From Paraphysomonas bandaiensis (lineage: Eukaryota > Protista > Chrysophyceae), in assembly GCA_965644295.1 (NCBI GenBank), contig CBFFRP010000346.1, positions 1-64,000 on the forward strand: DNA of 64,000 nucleotides, in the 5' to 3' direction. Of the stretch, positions 1 to 12,076 are shown in pieces. The notes beneath the pieces are model-generated. The model ran no database searches. It had not been told where the DNA came from and saw only the letters and a program-made list of their open reading frames with translations. Positions within the stretch are counted from its first letter, which is position 1. Every line of letters starts with the position of its first letter. The position numbers and the translations under genes are program-made.

Positions 1-753
1 GCAGCCGACGTAAAATCTCTGGCCTCTACGGTCTTCGACGATTGCACGACTTATTGACAGGTTATCCAACCTCCTGTTATAATGAGCAGACAGCAATATA
101 TAGTGATATAATAGCCCACACTTATCATGGACCTCGAGGTCAATGAATAATTTCAGCGGGGTGTTATTAGGATCACTCATAAATGGTTTGTGAACAAAAC
201 ATTGCTCACACCCTGCTAACGTAACAGAGAGTGACTCTGACGAAGATTTGAAGAGTGCAACGAATGTAGATAGGTAATCTACGGCGGCCACGTCACCGTT
301 TCCGTCTGCTGTAGCAGCATTAGCAACCACATCAGTTGCTTCAGCAACTACATCAGTAGTATCAGTAACTACATCAGTTGCATCGGCAACTACATCAGTT
401 GCAACATCAGCCACATCAGTTGCATCGGGAACTACATCAGCTGCAACATCAGCCACATCAGTTGCATCGGGAACTACATCATTTGCATCGGCAACTACAT
501 CAGCTGCAACATCAGCCCCATGAGTGGCATCAGCAACAGAATCAGTTGCATCAGCAATCACATCATAGGGGACAACCTGAGAATCTTCATCAAAAAGTCC
601 ACGCACTTCTTCCTTGTCTACTGTGTGACACGGTTCACACAATAACTTTAGAGCCGAACATCCCTTCTCTGCGATTATAAATTGTGACCCACATCGTGAG
701 CACTGATCAAAATCATCAGTGTCACTAGTAGAAGAATCTGAGTCACAGCTCAT
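1..753 (-). CDS. Hypothetical protein (runs off the left edge) with N-terminal CxxC...CxxC putative Zn-binding motif and Asp/Val/Ala-rich repeats; possible second gene of the DUF7869 element
   Basis: ATG at 753-751, then 251 stop-free codons to position 1: MSCDSDSSTSDTDDFDQCSRCGSQF...LLCEPCHT...DVVADATDVVPDATDV. It is absent from the ORF track, presumably because no stop lies in the window. Confidence 0.65.
   Translation of the reverse strand, partial: MSCDSDSSTSDTDDFDQCSRCGSQFIIAEKGCSALKLLCEPCHTVDKEEVRGLFDEDSQVVPYDVIADATDSVADATHGADVAADVVADANDVVPDATDVADVAADVVPDATDVADVATDVVADATDVVTDTTDVVAEATDVVANAATADGNGDVAAVDYLSTFVALFKSSSESLSVTLAGCEQCFVHKPFMSDPNNTPLKLFIDLEVHDKCGLLYHYILLSAHYNRRLDNLSISRAIVEDRRGQRFYVGC
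330..555. repeat. Coding minisatellite (21-bp-based units such as ACTACATCAGTTGCATCGGCA) encoding DVVADAT-type repeats on the minus strand
   Basis: Repeated acatcagttgc/acatcagctgc units read directly from the sequence. Confidence 0.85.
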
Positions 754-1229
754 AGTTTACTATATTAATATTATATGGTCAATGCCAAATATATATTAAT
801 ATAGTAATATGGTCAACGTTGTGTGTATATGTATATATATAATGGTGTGTTAAGTTATGCATATATATTATGGTCATGATGTGCGTGTTGTAAGCACTGC
901 TCGTGCAGTGTGGTTGCGGTGTTGTGTGATGCACACCGCGTCCTCACCACACACTCATGACGCGTGTTCGATTCTCTTGTGGGGTGCTTTTGGTCAAATT
1001 CAAATTTTTTTTGTACGTGTTTTTCTATATGTTATGCTGCGCTTGATCTGTGGGGTGATCTGAGAGCATATTTGAAAATGCACTTCACTCACAATCATTC
1101 ATATCATTATTATCACACACACTACCACACTAACACAACACAGTAGCTCACAACACTAATAAGTTCTTCGAAGGTAATCACATTGTTCTTGTAAATCTCT
1201 GTATGCGCTGTACTGCCTCTCAACACCAT

Positions 1230-1883
1230 AGTGTATGTTACGCTTTGCCCTGGCTCATAATCTGCTCCGTATGGTTCAGCATGTGCATGTGATGGCATCT
1301 GGTTCATACTTGTATATGTATGACTGTATATAGCGAATTAGAAATGCATCTAGCAGAGTGTGAGTCATTCTTTTGCCCCTGCACAAACTCTGCAACCGGC
1401 AGCTGAACGGGGTTTCACTGCAGGATGTAGCTTGTGCTGAGCGATGGCAATGAATGTTCACTTGTATAATAGTGTATGTTACGCTTTGCCCTGGCACATA
1501 TTCTGCTCCATATGGCCATATGGTTCAGCATGTGCATGTGATGGCATCGGTTTCATACCGTATATGTATGGCAGTATAGCTAGAAAAGCATGTATTTTTG
1601 TACGTGATGTGATTCATTTTTTTGCCCCTGCACAAACTCTGCAACCGGCAGCTGAACGGAGATTCACTGCAGGATGTAGCTTGTGCTGAGCGATGGCATT
1701 AAAAGTTTCACCTGTATATAAGTGTATGTTACGCTTTGCCCTGGCACATATTCTGCTCCATATGGCCATATGGTTCAGCATGTGCATGTGATGGCATCGG
1801 TTTCATACCGTGTATGTATGGCAGTATAGCTAGAAAAGCATGTATTTTTGCACGTGGTGTGATTCACTTTTTTGCCCCTGCAC
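1230..1883. repeat. Tandem array of ~2.6 copies of a 241-250 bp unit
   Basis: GTGTATGTTACGCTTTGCCCTGG recurs at 1231, 1472 and 1722. GCCCCTGCAC recurs near 1376, 1624 and 1874. Confidence 0.92.
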
Positions 1884-1982
1884 GAATAATTCCTTACTTC
1901 TTGTATATATTATTATGTAGTTATGAAAGAACCGTTAGCCCTCTTAAATACATACAGCTCTTCTTGCTGCTGTATCATGTGC

Positions 1983-4808
1983 ATGATGACATGTGCATGT
2001 GACGGTTGCTACTTGTATCGCAACCGCGATCCAAGTGCAGCTTTGATAGCCAACCGGCTGCGCATAGTCTGTCTGGGAGAAATCCGTCGCCTCAATCGGG
2101 ACGAGAAGAGGCTATACCTGCTTAACAAATTCCGCACCTTCCAGGTAAATTTAAATGTTGATTCAATATACATATTTCAATATTCAATAGTAATATCTCG
2201 TTTGTATTTAATAGGTGCGGGTCACGAAGTACAAGAAGTATAAGTTTAGCATTGTGGTGGGGGAGGGGGATAATATGCACCTAGTGTGCCGTATGGGGTT
2301 CTGTTGTGCGTATGCGGTGTCCCATTGGTACGTGGACAACTTAATTTGTCGACTAAAACGAAGGGACATGAACTCTCTGACCGAGTTATCTACTAGCCCC
2401 CGGGCTATCCTATGTGAAGTATCGGACAAAAAGCTCATTGGGTTTGCGTCCAGATTTGGTATAAACTTAAATGTGGAACAGTTGGGTGCCCTCCGAATGT
2501 CAGATTCCGAACAGTCCGCTGTGTGTGCTGCGTGGATGACCTACTATTTTTCACTGGTGGGTGATCAAGTCCCCGACTCTGACTCGGAGATTCACCTCGA
2601 GCCCATTCCTAAGAAGAATGTGTACTCGGAGTACCGCTTTGACATGGAACAGATTAGTGAGATACCACTTCAGCTTCAGACATTCCTGCAGATATGGAAG
2701 AAGATTTTCTCGTACGTCAAGGTTCGGAAATATAAGCAGAGTTGTGGGCATTGCAATACTTGTGCCATGCTTTCGGATAAGCGTCGCCAGTTCAGAGATC
2801 GAAGGGGGCGGGAGGAGATTACGAATCTTTACGCCCTACACCGTCTAAGTACTATGCAGGAACGCCGTCGGTACTACTCCAGACGACTTGAAGCACAGCT
2901 CCCCCCACAGTTAGTACTGTCCACCATTTCAGATGGTATGCAGCAAAATCATTGTATGCTTCCCTGGTTTGGACATAATAAGATGCCTGCCATCCACATC
3001 AAACAACACTTACAGGGTGTGTTGATGCATGGCAAAAATATGACAATATACAGGACTTTTGCCAATGTTGGTGGTGGTGCCAACCTTGCCATACATACAT
3101 GGCTATTAAGTCTGGATGAGCTACACCAGAAGGGAGAGTTGCCAAAGGTCCTCTATCATCAGATTGATGGTGGTTCAGAGAATGCTAACAAGGAAATGTA
3201 TGCCATTTGTGAGCTGCTAGTAGCTTCCGGGCTTGTCGACAAGGTTGTCTTAACAAGACTTCCTGTCGGGCATACGCATGAAGACATTGATGCAAACTTT
3301 GCCCTTATATGGAGAATGCTGCGTGATGAATACATCTGTACTCCCTCGGAATTTTCTACTCTGATTTATAGAGCATTGAAGAAGAAAGTTGAAGTTTCAG
3401 TGATAGACTTATTTGTCCTACCTGATTATTGCAAGATTTTGGAAGGGTGCATTGATGTAGATATCGGCCGCTTCGCAAAGGAGGAGTGGACCCAACTGCA
3501 GTTCACGTTTGAGAGGGTGGTCACTCCTGCCGAGTTGACTGAACATCCTCTTGGCGTGAAGACATCATATCGGGCATATGCCTCAGAGGAATACATCGAA
3601 ATTGTCGAGGACACTGACCAGCAGTCTCTCTGTGGCCTCGTTGCTCAACTTTGTGAAGTGGAGAGTTATCCTCTCCCTAGTGAAAAGCCCTTGAACTTCT
3701 TGAAGAATCTTCCAAGCGGTGACTTTTCCCCAGCCCCCTTCATAGCTGGATCTTTTGAGTTAACTTCAGCTCTGTGCAAGAAAATGATAGAACAATATTC
3801 AACGCATAAGCCGAAGGTGGCCGAGGAATGGAAAGAGTGGCTGGATATTTCTCCCAAGAGTAATAGTGCTCAAGATTTTGTCACCGAAATTGGTGGAATA
3901 TTTATTCCACTAAGAGATGTCCTATTCAGTGGGACTGGAGTGTCCGATTTTGAAGTGGAATGCAGACATAGAGGAGTACGCGGAGGGCTATATGGATCCC
4001 ATGCAGACGGAATTAGGAGGGTCAAGGCTACGGCTTGTGTTCTACACAACGAGAACAAAACTTCCGGCGCAAGGAAGATACCCCCACGAGTTGTCGTCCG
4101 GAATTGTGATGGTTCTACACCCACCGATATGGTCGGAGTCTTGCCCAATGTATACCCCGGCAGAGAAGAGCAGCGTGCGGCGAGGAAGAAGACAAATGTT
4201 GAAAGAAAAGAAGCACGTGCAAAGAAGGCGAGGCTTGATGCCAGGAGGAGGGAGGAAGGCTGGGATTGTGGTGATATAATCGTCAATGACTCAGACGATA
4301 GTAATCAATCTGGTATGTTATTGTGTTGTAGATATTATATTATTATGCCATGTTTATATCTGTACAATATCAGGACAAGAGGTGGAGTCATCATCGTCTG
4401 ATGACGATGGTAACCCCTCTATCACGTATTCTCCTGGGGACGAAATTGTTACTGTGACTAGGATGCGTGGTATTGTCCATGCTGTCAATGATGATGGTAC
4501 CTATCATCTTGTTTACAAAAGCAAGAAGAGATGTGGTGCCACCAGGGAGGATAAGTCAGTGCGCTCCAAATACTTCTCGCTTGCATCTGGTATACTTTAT
4601 ATATATGCTTGTTTGTGTACTGTACCTAATATTGAATATAGCCCACCAGGATAAGCCTCATAATATTCCCTCCAGTAAAAGAGACAATATTCCGAGGTGG
4701 AGATATATCCAGGAACCCACTAAGGAGTGGGTAGACACAGGTGCAGTTGATTCTGCTTCTATTATTACTGGTAAACGTACCAGAAGTTCAGTTGATTATC
4801 GCTTGTAA
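1983..4808 (+). CDS. DUF7869-family (Sola-like) DDD transposase, spliced, with C-terminal Tudor-like segment and CHZ-like motif
   Basis: Motifs CGHCNTC, H....QERRRYY, ISDGMQQ, YHQIDGGSENANK and LPVGHTHEDIDANF. Proposed GT-AG introns 2145-2214, 4313-4373 and 4590-4641 join the ORFs in frame. Start codon uncertain (1923 or 1983). Confidence 0.75.
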
Positions 4809-5027
4809 GTATAGATAGCACTTTGTAATATATATAATAGTGCTATCTATAGTATGCATGTATTAACCGTTACATTAACCGTTACATTCTCACTTTTTGG
4901 ACCTGTAACTAATATAAAACTTATTAAATGTCTCCAAAAACATGTTCTCTTTACACCTACTACATTACTTATTGCAAAACATATAAAAAACACAACTTAA
5001 ATCGACATTTTCAAAATTTCACCAGGT

Positions 5028-6800
5028 TTAGAGCGCTTCTCCAGGTTTGTTCATCACATCAACTTCATATTCATTCAATATTGATTGAAATATGCTTGCA
5101 TCCGGCCACAACTGTCGGTTAGCTTTCAGAAACAACAGCATATTAAGTGTAGTAGGATGCATACGTTTGCGCAACACTGATATAATCAGTTTTGCTGCGC
5201 TGAACAGGCGTTCACACGTATTGGAAGTACATACTACATGACTCGTGCACCTGTACTTAGATATTTCAACTTTTCGCTTCTTAAGTTTTTGAGCTGATTG
5301 AAGAATTTTTTCCGCATAGCCAACTTCAGCTTCATCATCCTCTGTATTGTTGCAATAATCACTGTCTGAACGGAGATATATTCTAACAGCATCTTTCTCA
5401 GATCTTGTCAAGTCCAATTCTTCGCCTGCTTGGAGTTTTGCAATTCCATTCTCGAAATTCGGATCATTAACAATGGGACTGTTTTTCTGTAAAGCAGATA
5501 GTGGATACTTTGGCCTAAAGTCCCTCAATAAGCCATCAAATATGTTCCGGCATTCATAAAGATTCACTTGACTTGATCCTCCAGTTTGAAGCAATTTCGA
5601 GACGCTTTCAAACTTCCTCAGGTCGTCTACAAGGGCGATTATTTCGGTATTCTGTCGAGGAGTAGGAATCATATCAGTAACTGCAAGCGGTAAGTCTTCA
5701 ATTTTTAATACATGATCTTTTATACGCATCCACTTTACGAGAACCTGAAACATAGAAGACCATCTTGTGACATTTACCCTTTCTGGTAGCAGACTGGTTT
5801 GGCCACGTAGCAATGCAGCATTCTTAATCTGCTTCAACTTCCCCATTAGTAGGTCTACTTTGCGAATACGAGGCCTAATGCCTTCGTCAGATCTTGTCAC
5901 ATCTCCTTGGTTATTCCTCTTCTCTTTGCTGCCAATGAGTTCATTGACAGCGAGATTTAGTCGGTGAGATGCACATCCAACTAGGGGTACACCTAATATA
6001 TATTATAACATTCGACAATTTCACACAAGTAATACGGTGTTACCAGAATCAGTAGCCAATTTTCTGTTTGTAGCACAGTTATCTCCAAGATAAAACTCAA
6101 CAATGTCGCAAACATTGTCAGCGTTAACCTCAACTCCAAATTTATTGAGAACTTCTAAGATAGTATCAAACCAATCCGCAGCAGTGAATCCGTAGAATTT
6201 CTCTTCATCAGGTAGATCTTCATCGAAAACAGTGTTGTCATCAATATCCTCTTGCACATTACAAGACAACAATAACAAATTCGGAGTATTGGTTCGGTCG
6301 CAAAAGGTTGCAAATATTGCACTGTAGTGGTGGGAGTCCGACGTCCAACCGTCCATGACTAGACCAAATGTTGGTGGTAATATATCTTTAATCATATCAC
6401 GTAGCTTCAGTTCCAACAGTCTCATATATTTTTTCAGTGTTTTTGTAGTTATCTTACCCAAAGAAGTCTTATTTCTAGTTAATTTCTTCTCACAGAAATT
6501 TAATGGAAGATTTTCCTCGACAATCCACTCCACCCACTCATAAATTGTTTTCGCCTTGTCTGAAGGCTGCAGAACAAAAGCATCCATGGGACCATTGGTG
6601 CAGACAGCCCGTAAATACCTCTTCAATGTCTCCTCCCACACATCATGAGAGAAAGTGTGATCCTTTAGATTGTTGTATCCATTCCGAATATTCTGTTGTC
6701 GTTTACGTCCGCAGATTTTACACTCGTGTTTGTTCGGGACACCTTCGACCGGACTCCAAAAACAGCGGTAAATGTCCCTACTCTTGTATGCACTCATCAT
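5028..6800 (-). CDS. hAT-family transposase (BED zinc finger, DDE core, C-terminal dimerisation domain)
   Basis: CKIC...NLKDHTFSH (BED), GLVMDGWTS, GDNCATN, GCASHRLNLAV, NVTRWSS, TSNTCERLFS and LLFLKANRQLW. A 51-nt GT-AG intron at 5993-6043 joins the two ORFs in frame. Confidence 0.93.
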
Positions 6801-7177
6801 TCAGTTGTCTCTTCTTGTCACTATAGGATATATATACTATATTAAGAGAAGTACTGTACATACATGTGGAGAGGTGTAGAGTGCTGTTTGAGCTGGCGAT
6901 ACATAAAAAATAGAAAATAACATCAAAAATAGGCTTTTTTTCTTATTTTCCGGATATTTGTATACAGAGGCGTATATTTTGCACCATACAGTTGAGGATC
7001 TTCTCTTATATGACTATCATAATATTGATTGCAATATATTGCAATAGTATTGTGAGCTCTATTAACAGAAACACTATTGATGGAATATTTGACCAGTCCA
7101 CCAATCAATATATTTTACAATATATTGCAATATATTGTACAATATATTGCAATACAATATATTGTTCCCTATCCCTG
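5050..7177 (-). mobile_element. hAT DNA transposon, potentially autonomous; 5' TIR present, 3' arm not in place
   Basis: Terminus CAGGGATAGGGAACAATATATTG reads inward from 7177, with subterminal CAATATATTG repeats. Homologous to the left end of the 15261-16079 element. Confidence 0.85.
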
Positions 7178-9789
7178 GAGACTTAGAACAAAGTGGTGTG
7201 ATATGACCAGATATTGGCTTGTGCACAATTTTCTAGGGCAAGAAGTATATATCGATGTAACAAATGTTTCTAACAGTCCGCATAATATTAAGGTGGTATA
7301 CGCAAGAATTATGTGGAGTGATAGAACATGTAAATGGTACACTAGTTTCTTTTAGAGAGAGAATTCCAGAATACTAGAAAGCTGGACATTGTACTAATGT
7401 AGAGACCATTTCAAGAAAACAAGTAGGGTTGAAAATGAATTCTAGCATAACCAATTCTAAGGGTTTGTCTTCTTGTAAAAAGCACCACTCCTCATGCAAA
7501 AATGAGAACGCAGTCACCCAAACACTCAATATTAATAAACAAAGAGGAAACAGCCTACTTCACCTAAATGAAATTTCAAATAAGGCACATACTCTTTTCA
7601 AAACAGACATAAAATCAAAAGCCACCCTTGACGTCAGTATACTATCTATTACACGTTATACACAATAGTCATTAATTGAGTATATTGGGGAATCTTCAAT
7701 GTGTTCATTGTATGGCCTTATTCCCCATACATCCGTTTTGCGTAGTACCTTTACGGACACCCACCTCTTCACATCTACAAGTACACAACACCATTTAGTG
7801 GCTTTAGACTCAAAACATACTACAAAGATTACACCGTACATTGTAAAGAGCCAGTTTTGCTACTTTGCTGCATCGATGGAAAAGACTGAGATGTTACTGT
7901 GGCTTTTGTACTACAGTGATCCACATAATCTGTAGTTATGTCAAATTCTCAGCGTAGGACGATATTACAACACGGTTTACTACAACCTGTACAGCCTGAC
8001 TCATCTGTTTCATATTCCAAATAGCTGCTATAATCGACAACGTCTTTAGGCTCAACATAGGGATAGTGCAGAGGAACTTCTATTGAAGGAATATGACTAA
8101 CTTCAGCTGTAGTCGTCGTGACACTCTTATCGCTCGTAAGCGACAGTTCAATCACTTTATTTATTACTACAGATGCATCATCATTATATGCGTATACTTC
8201 ATTGGAGGCACATACGATGGACTTTTTGATACTAGAATCGTGCTTACAACAAATGGAAGCGCAAAACATTTCAACTGATTACGGCACACGCTGTGTAGCA
8301 ATACATAATACTATACCACAGGCGTTAAATATCCTTCACGTGTTACATGTTACAAAATGAAAAGGAGAATCACGCATCTATCCTGATAGGTGCTCTGCTG
8401 TGTGTTATAATGAAGCAAATGGTGTGTTGAAAAGTGGTACTACGAACAAACTATCATATGTTTTTTTGTCGACGAATCAAAATGCTCTGTGAGAATATGA
8501 AGGTATATTACTGGGCTAGGCGTTGACTATGTATTGTATACATTTGATTAAAATTTATACACCCAGCAGGAATGAACAGTTAAAATAAGAGTCGATGTAG
8601 TCAGGAACGAACCCATGCTACAGCAAAATTTTATAGTCGCTCTGCTCATGGTATTTGCCGGGGTGCTGCTGTTTAAACTGAACATTGTTAGCACTATGAT
8701 TTTACTGCTTGTGTTGTATGTTGCAGTACAAATAGTGGCGAAGTACGCGACTGATGCAATTCGTAATGGTATGTTGTTCAGAGTAGTTTCATTATTATAA
8801 TGGTTGGATATTTCAGATCCCAATTGGCACATTGTTGATGGAATTAAGAATTTAGACGCAAGAACGAATATGTAATTACTTGATCTCCATGTTATCTAAC
8901 TGGGGATAACCGGGGACAATTACCATTAATAGCTGTGTAATATATTACATGTATAATATTGCTTTGCATAATACATATGTTCGTGATTTTTAGAATTCTT
9001 CTAATTTTTGTAGGGCCCATTCATTGATCTAACTTTTTACTGGATTTACGCAGTATATACGCGACACAAGAATTCATGGTTACAATAAACGTCGCATACC
9101 ATTATGTAATTTGTTCGACGCATGGGATCTGCCCATTGCTGAGAGTATTCATTGTACTCTCATAAGGAGTTGGCAGATAACCTTCCCGTCAGAACAGCGA
9201 GGTAGAAGGTAGGAAAATAGCGGTGTTATATGAAGTCAGGACGTCAGGACTGACGAATACTATATTTCGATAGTATTTCTAATTTGAATAGTGGTGATAC
9301 TATTGCAACGATGCTTTATGCGTCAACAATACACAATGCACAGGGAGACATTGCTGTATTTGATGTGCTTTAAACTACGAAATGTCAAGCCCCTTCATTC
9401 TTAAGTTAGATCAGTATAATCACCTGTAAGGTATAACATGGCTATCAGACAATCACTTCAATAGGAAGTAAGAGTGAATTCGAAAGGTATCTCGATTAGT
9501 GGTTACCTTTACCGTGCTACAAGTTGTTTAAGAATGGAGTGACTCTAAACTCTAATATGCAATATGCTAGTATGATCCCTTTTCAGTCATTCACAAATCT
9601 TCACGAAATTGACCTTTCAAAATATCAGTTACTGGTCTAAGTAGATTCTCCGATCAATCTTGCCCTGATTTGGTGCAGAAGCACCTAGTCGTTTCACGGT
9701 TTGGGTCACGTCGTGCTAATCAGGATTGTTGCCAATTAGCCAACAAGAGGCTTGGTGCAACTGCAATGTTTCAACTTCATTATCATATT

Positions 9790-10180
9790 TATGTAAGAAT
9801 TTCTATTCCTCGCAGTTGCTATTCCCTCAGTATCATTCTGTGGTAGGGGCAAACTACCTCTGAAATTCTTTGAGTGAGTTAATCTAGTACAATTGTCTTT
9901 CGCTTGTGCAGATACTATTGATTTTAAACAATACTTTGTTTTTTTATTTGATTGCTCAATGCTAATCACGGAGTACCTTTCCACTAACAGCAAACAAGCT
10001 GCAAATAGCTCTAAATTCAAGTCATATTAGGTTTTCAACATCATGAAGATAAGCTATAATTTAACCTACGGATAAATCGTCCCTTGTCCAAACTTTAAAA
10101 CTTGAACGCTCCGCCCTCGTTTTCAAAATTGAGCGCGGGACGATATAGCCTTCTCATTGCCCGTGGTTTAATATTACTAT
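9790..10180 (-). repeat. Dispersed repeat family R1, copy 1
   Basis: The reverse complement shares AACCACGGGC..GGCTATATCGTCCCGCGCTCAA..TAGGTTAAATT.TAGCTTATC with the copy at 38356 and, with more mismatches, the copy at 23105. Confidence 0.85.
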
Positions 10181-10987
10181 ATACAATATACTTACTTAAC
10201 CAGAGTAGAACACCTTGAGACAATTTGTCGTTTCACAAAAAAGACCATATTAATTGCTGACAACTTTATACACATTATTGTATTGCATTACACGTATCTC
10301 AACATTTAAACTAAGACTGTATATATCGTAACTCTTAAACTCACACTGTTGTATAAGCTTAATGACCAAGTGGCACAAACCATAGAGGAGCCCAGCTATA
10401 TCAGAGCTTAAACCAAAGGCATCGCGGTAAAATCATCCACCAACAACACGTAGAACTTGAAAATCTTGGTCCGGAACATACCCCTGAAAGCAAGATCTTG
10501 CAGGATGCTGTACCACTTGGGCTGCTACCTTCTTTCGGTCGTTATCCCTATCATTTGTACAACAATAGATGGCGACCAACCTGGTGCCGGCGATGACTCT
10601 ACCAGGATCGACCTGGGAGGTGATACATGTGTCTGACAGGGGATAAACTAGTGGCTACATCAACGTTTTGAGAAAGACCGTAATGATGCAGTCCTTACGA
10701 TCTGGGTTCTGTCTATATCTCGAGCTTTTAGGGATAGGGTGATTTATAGACTTCGGAGAGACACCTTTGCTTCTCCTGTCCTCAAATATGATATTTCTCA
10801 AAAAGCCCGATTTCTATTAAATAAACCTGATTTTCTGTTACGTGAAGAGGAGGATATTTTGGGGCTCTTGCTTCTTATGTCAATATGGAATATGTGCTTT
10901 TAAATAATGCAGATAGGTAACCGTTGATTGTAGATGTCGATATGTCTAGTTTAGATATGTTTAAAATAAACATCTCGCCTTAATATC

Positions 10988-11824
10988 ATGCCTGCGGAGA
11001 TGCGCCTTCTACACGTCATTTTTCTGTTGTTATGTCTGGTATCTTTTAATTCGCTATGGATACACTGCGCTCTTTTTCATGCATATGGCAGCAACAGAAC
11101 TCATAGTAGCCACCGTCAGAATTTAACAATTCAATACGCAGTCATTACTGGACAAGGGATGCATCACCGTGCTCAACTTATTTGGAACACATGGGGGAGA
11201 TATGCTGCCAGTGATAGAATGGTATTTCTTTCTGATAACTACAACAGCTCATTCACTTTACCATTGTTGAAAGTTGTGAATATTTCACATACTATGCCGA
11301 ATGCACAAAAGTATCGACTTAGCCAGTTGAAGTGGCTCCAAGGGATTATTGTGTCGAGCACCTTTCGTTCGTTCGATTGGCTTGTATTTATTGACGATGA
11401 TACTTTTATAATCCATCATGCACTGGTGAAGTTGCTGAGTGAATATGATCCAGAACAATCCTTACTTATTGGTAAAGCTGGCGAACCTACCTGTCATACA
11501 GTTTGTGGCGGTGCAGGATTTGCAATCAGTAAATCTTTAGCTAATTACCTCAACGGGAAATACAGAGATTTCTTCTCTGTGTATTTTCATGATTTAGTTT
11601 ATAACAGCAGTGACAGTTATTTTTCGGACGTCATTATATCTCGCTTTATTATTGACAATAAAGTGGGCACTATTGTTCCTCGACCTGAATTTAAAAATTT
11701 TCCACCCCAAGTGAGCATGCGATGGTATCAGATGCACAAAAGAACTCCATCTGAGGTAGTTTCTTTTCATAGGTTAGATAACGTGGAATATTTGAAATTA
11801 TATAAGCGGTACTATCATAATTAA
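10988..11824 (+). CDS. Fringe-like/GT31 glycosyltransferase (type II membrane), intronless
   Basis: N-terminal hydrophobic anchor, IWNTWG, FDWLVFIDDDTF (DxD), CGGAGFAIS, SDVIIS, VSFH. Confidence 0.88.
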   Translation: MPAEMRLLHVIFLLLCLVSFNSLWIHCALFHAYGSNRTHSSHRQNLTIQYAVITGQGMHHRAQLIWNTWGRYAASDRMVFLSDNYNSSFTLPLLKVVNISHTMPNAQKYRLSQLKWLQGIIVSSTFRSFDWLVFIDDDTFIIHHALVKLLSEYDPEQSLLIGKAGEPTCHTVCGGAGFAISKSLANYLNGKYRDFFSVYFHDLVYNSSDSYFSDVIISRFIIDNKVGTIVPRPEFKNFPPQVSMRWYQMHKRTPSEVVSFHRLDNVEYLKLYKRYYHN

Positions 11825-12076
11825 AAGTATATTTAGTTGTGAGACACACATTCGTTTATTCAGCTCTACATTGTGTACAATACATTACACTTTCCGTTCT
11901 GGGTTTTATTGTACTGCAATGAATTGCAATATTGTGGAATTATTTTAGCTTTAATATTGCTATTTTCACTACGTATTGCGAGCCGCTTTACTGTAATGAC
12001 CATATAATTACTTGTGAATCCTAAAACTAAAAACTGTTTGCCACACATCGCTACAACTAAATAAGATTATTCAAAA

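Larger units (their letters stand above)
1..5050. mobile_element. Putative large DUF7869 DNA transposon (left end outside window; right end about 5041-5055)
   Basis: Transposase plus divergent ORF, internal tandem array and TAACCGTTACAT x2 at 4864-4887. It abuts the 3' end of a hAT transposase where the hAT 3' arm should be. Confidence 0.5.

Noticed and set aside
378-680. His/Gln-rich plus-strand ORF
   Set aside because: Shadow frame of the minisatellite in the longer minus-strand ORF.
1230-1883. CRISPR-like array
   Set aside because: Units are ~245 bp with no unique spacers; the context is eukaryotic and there are no cas genes.
7430-8850. Short ORFs including Cys-rich 7949-8269
   Set aside because: No recognisable motifs or consistent exon chain; possibly decayed sequence.
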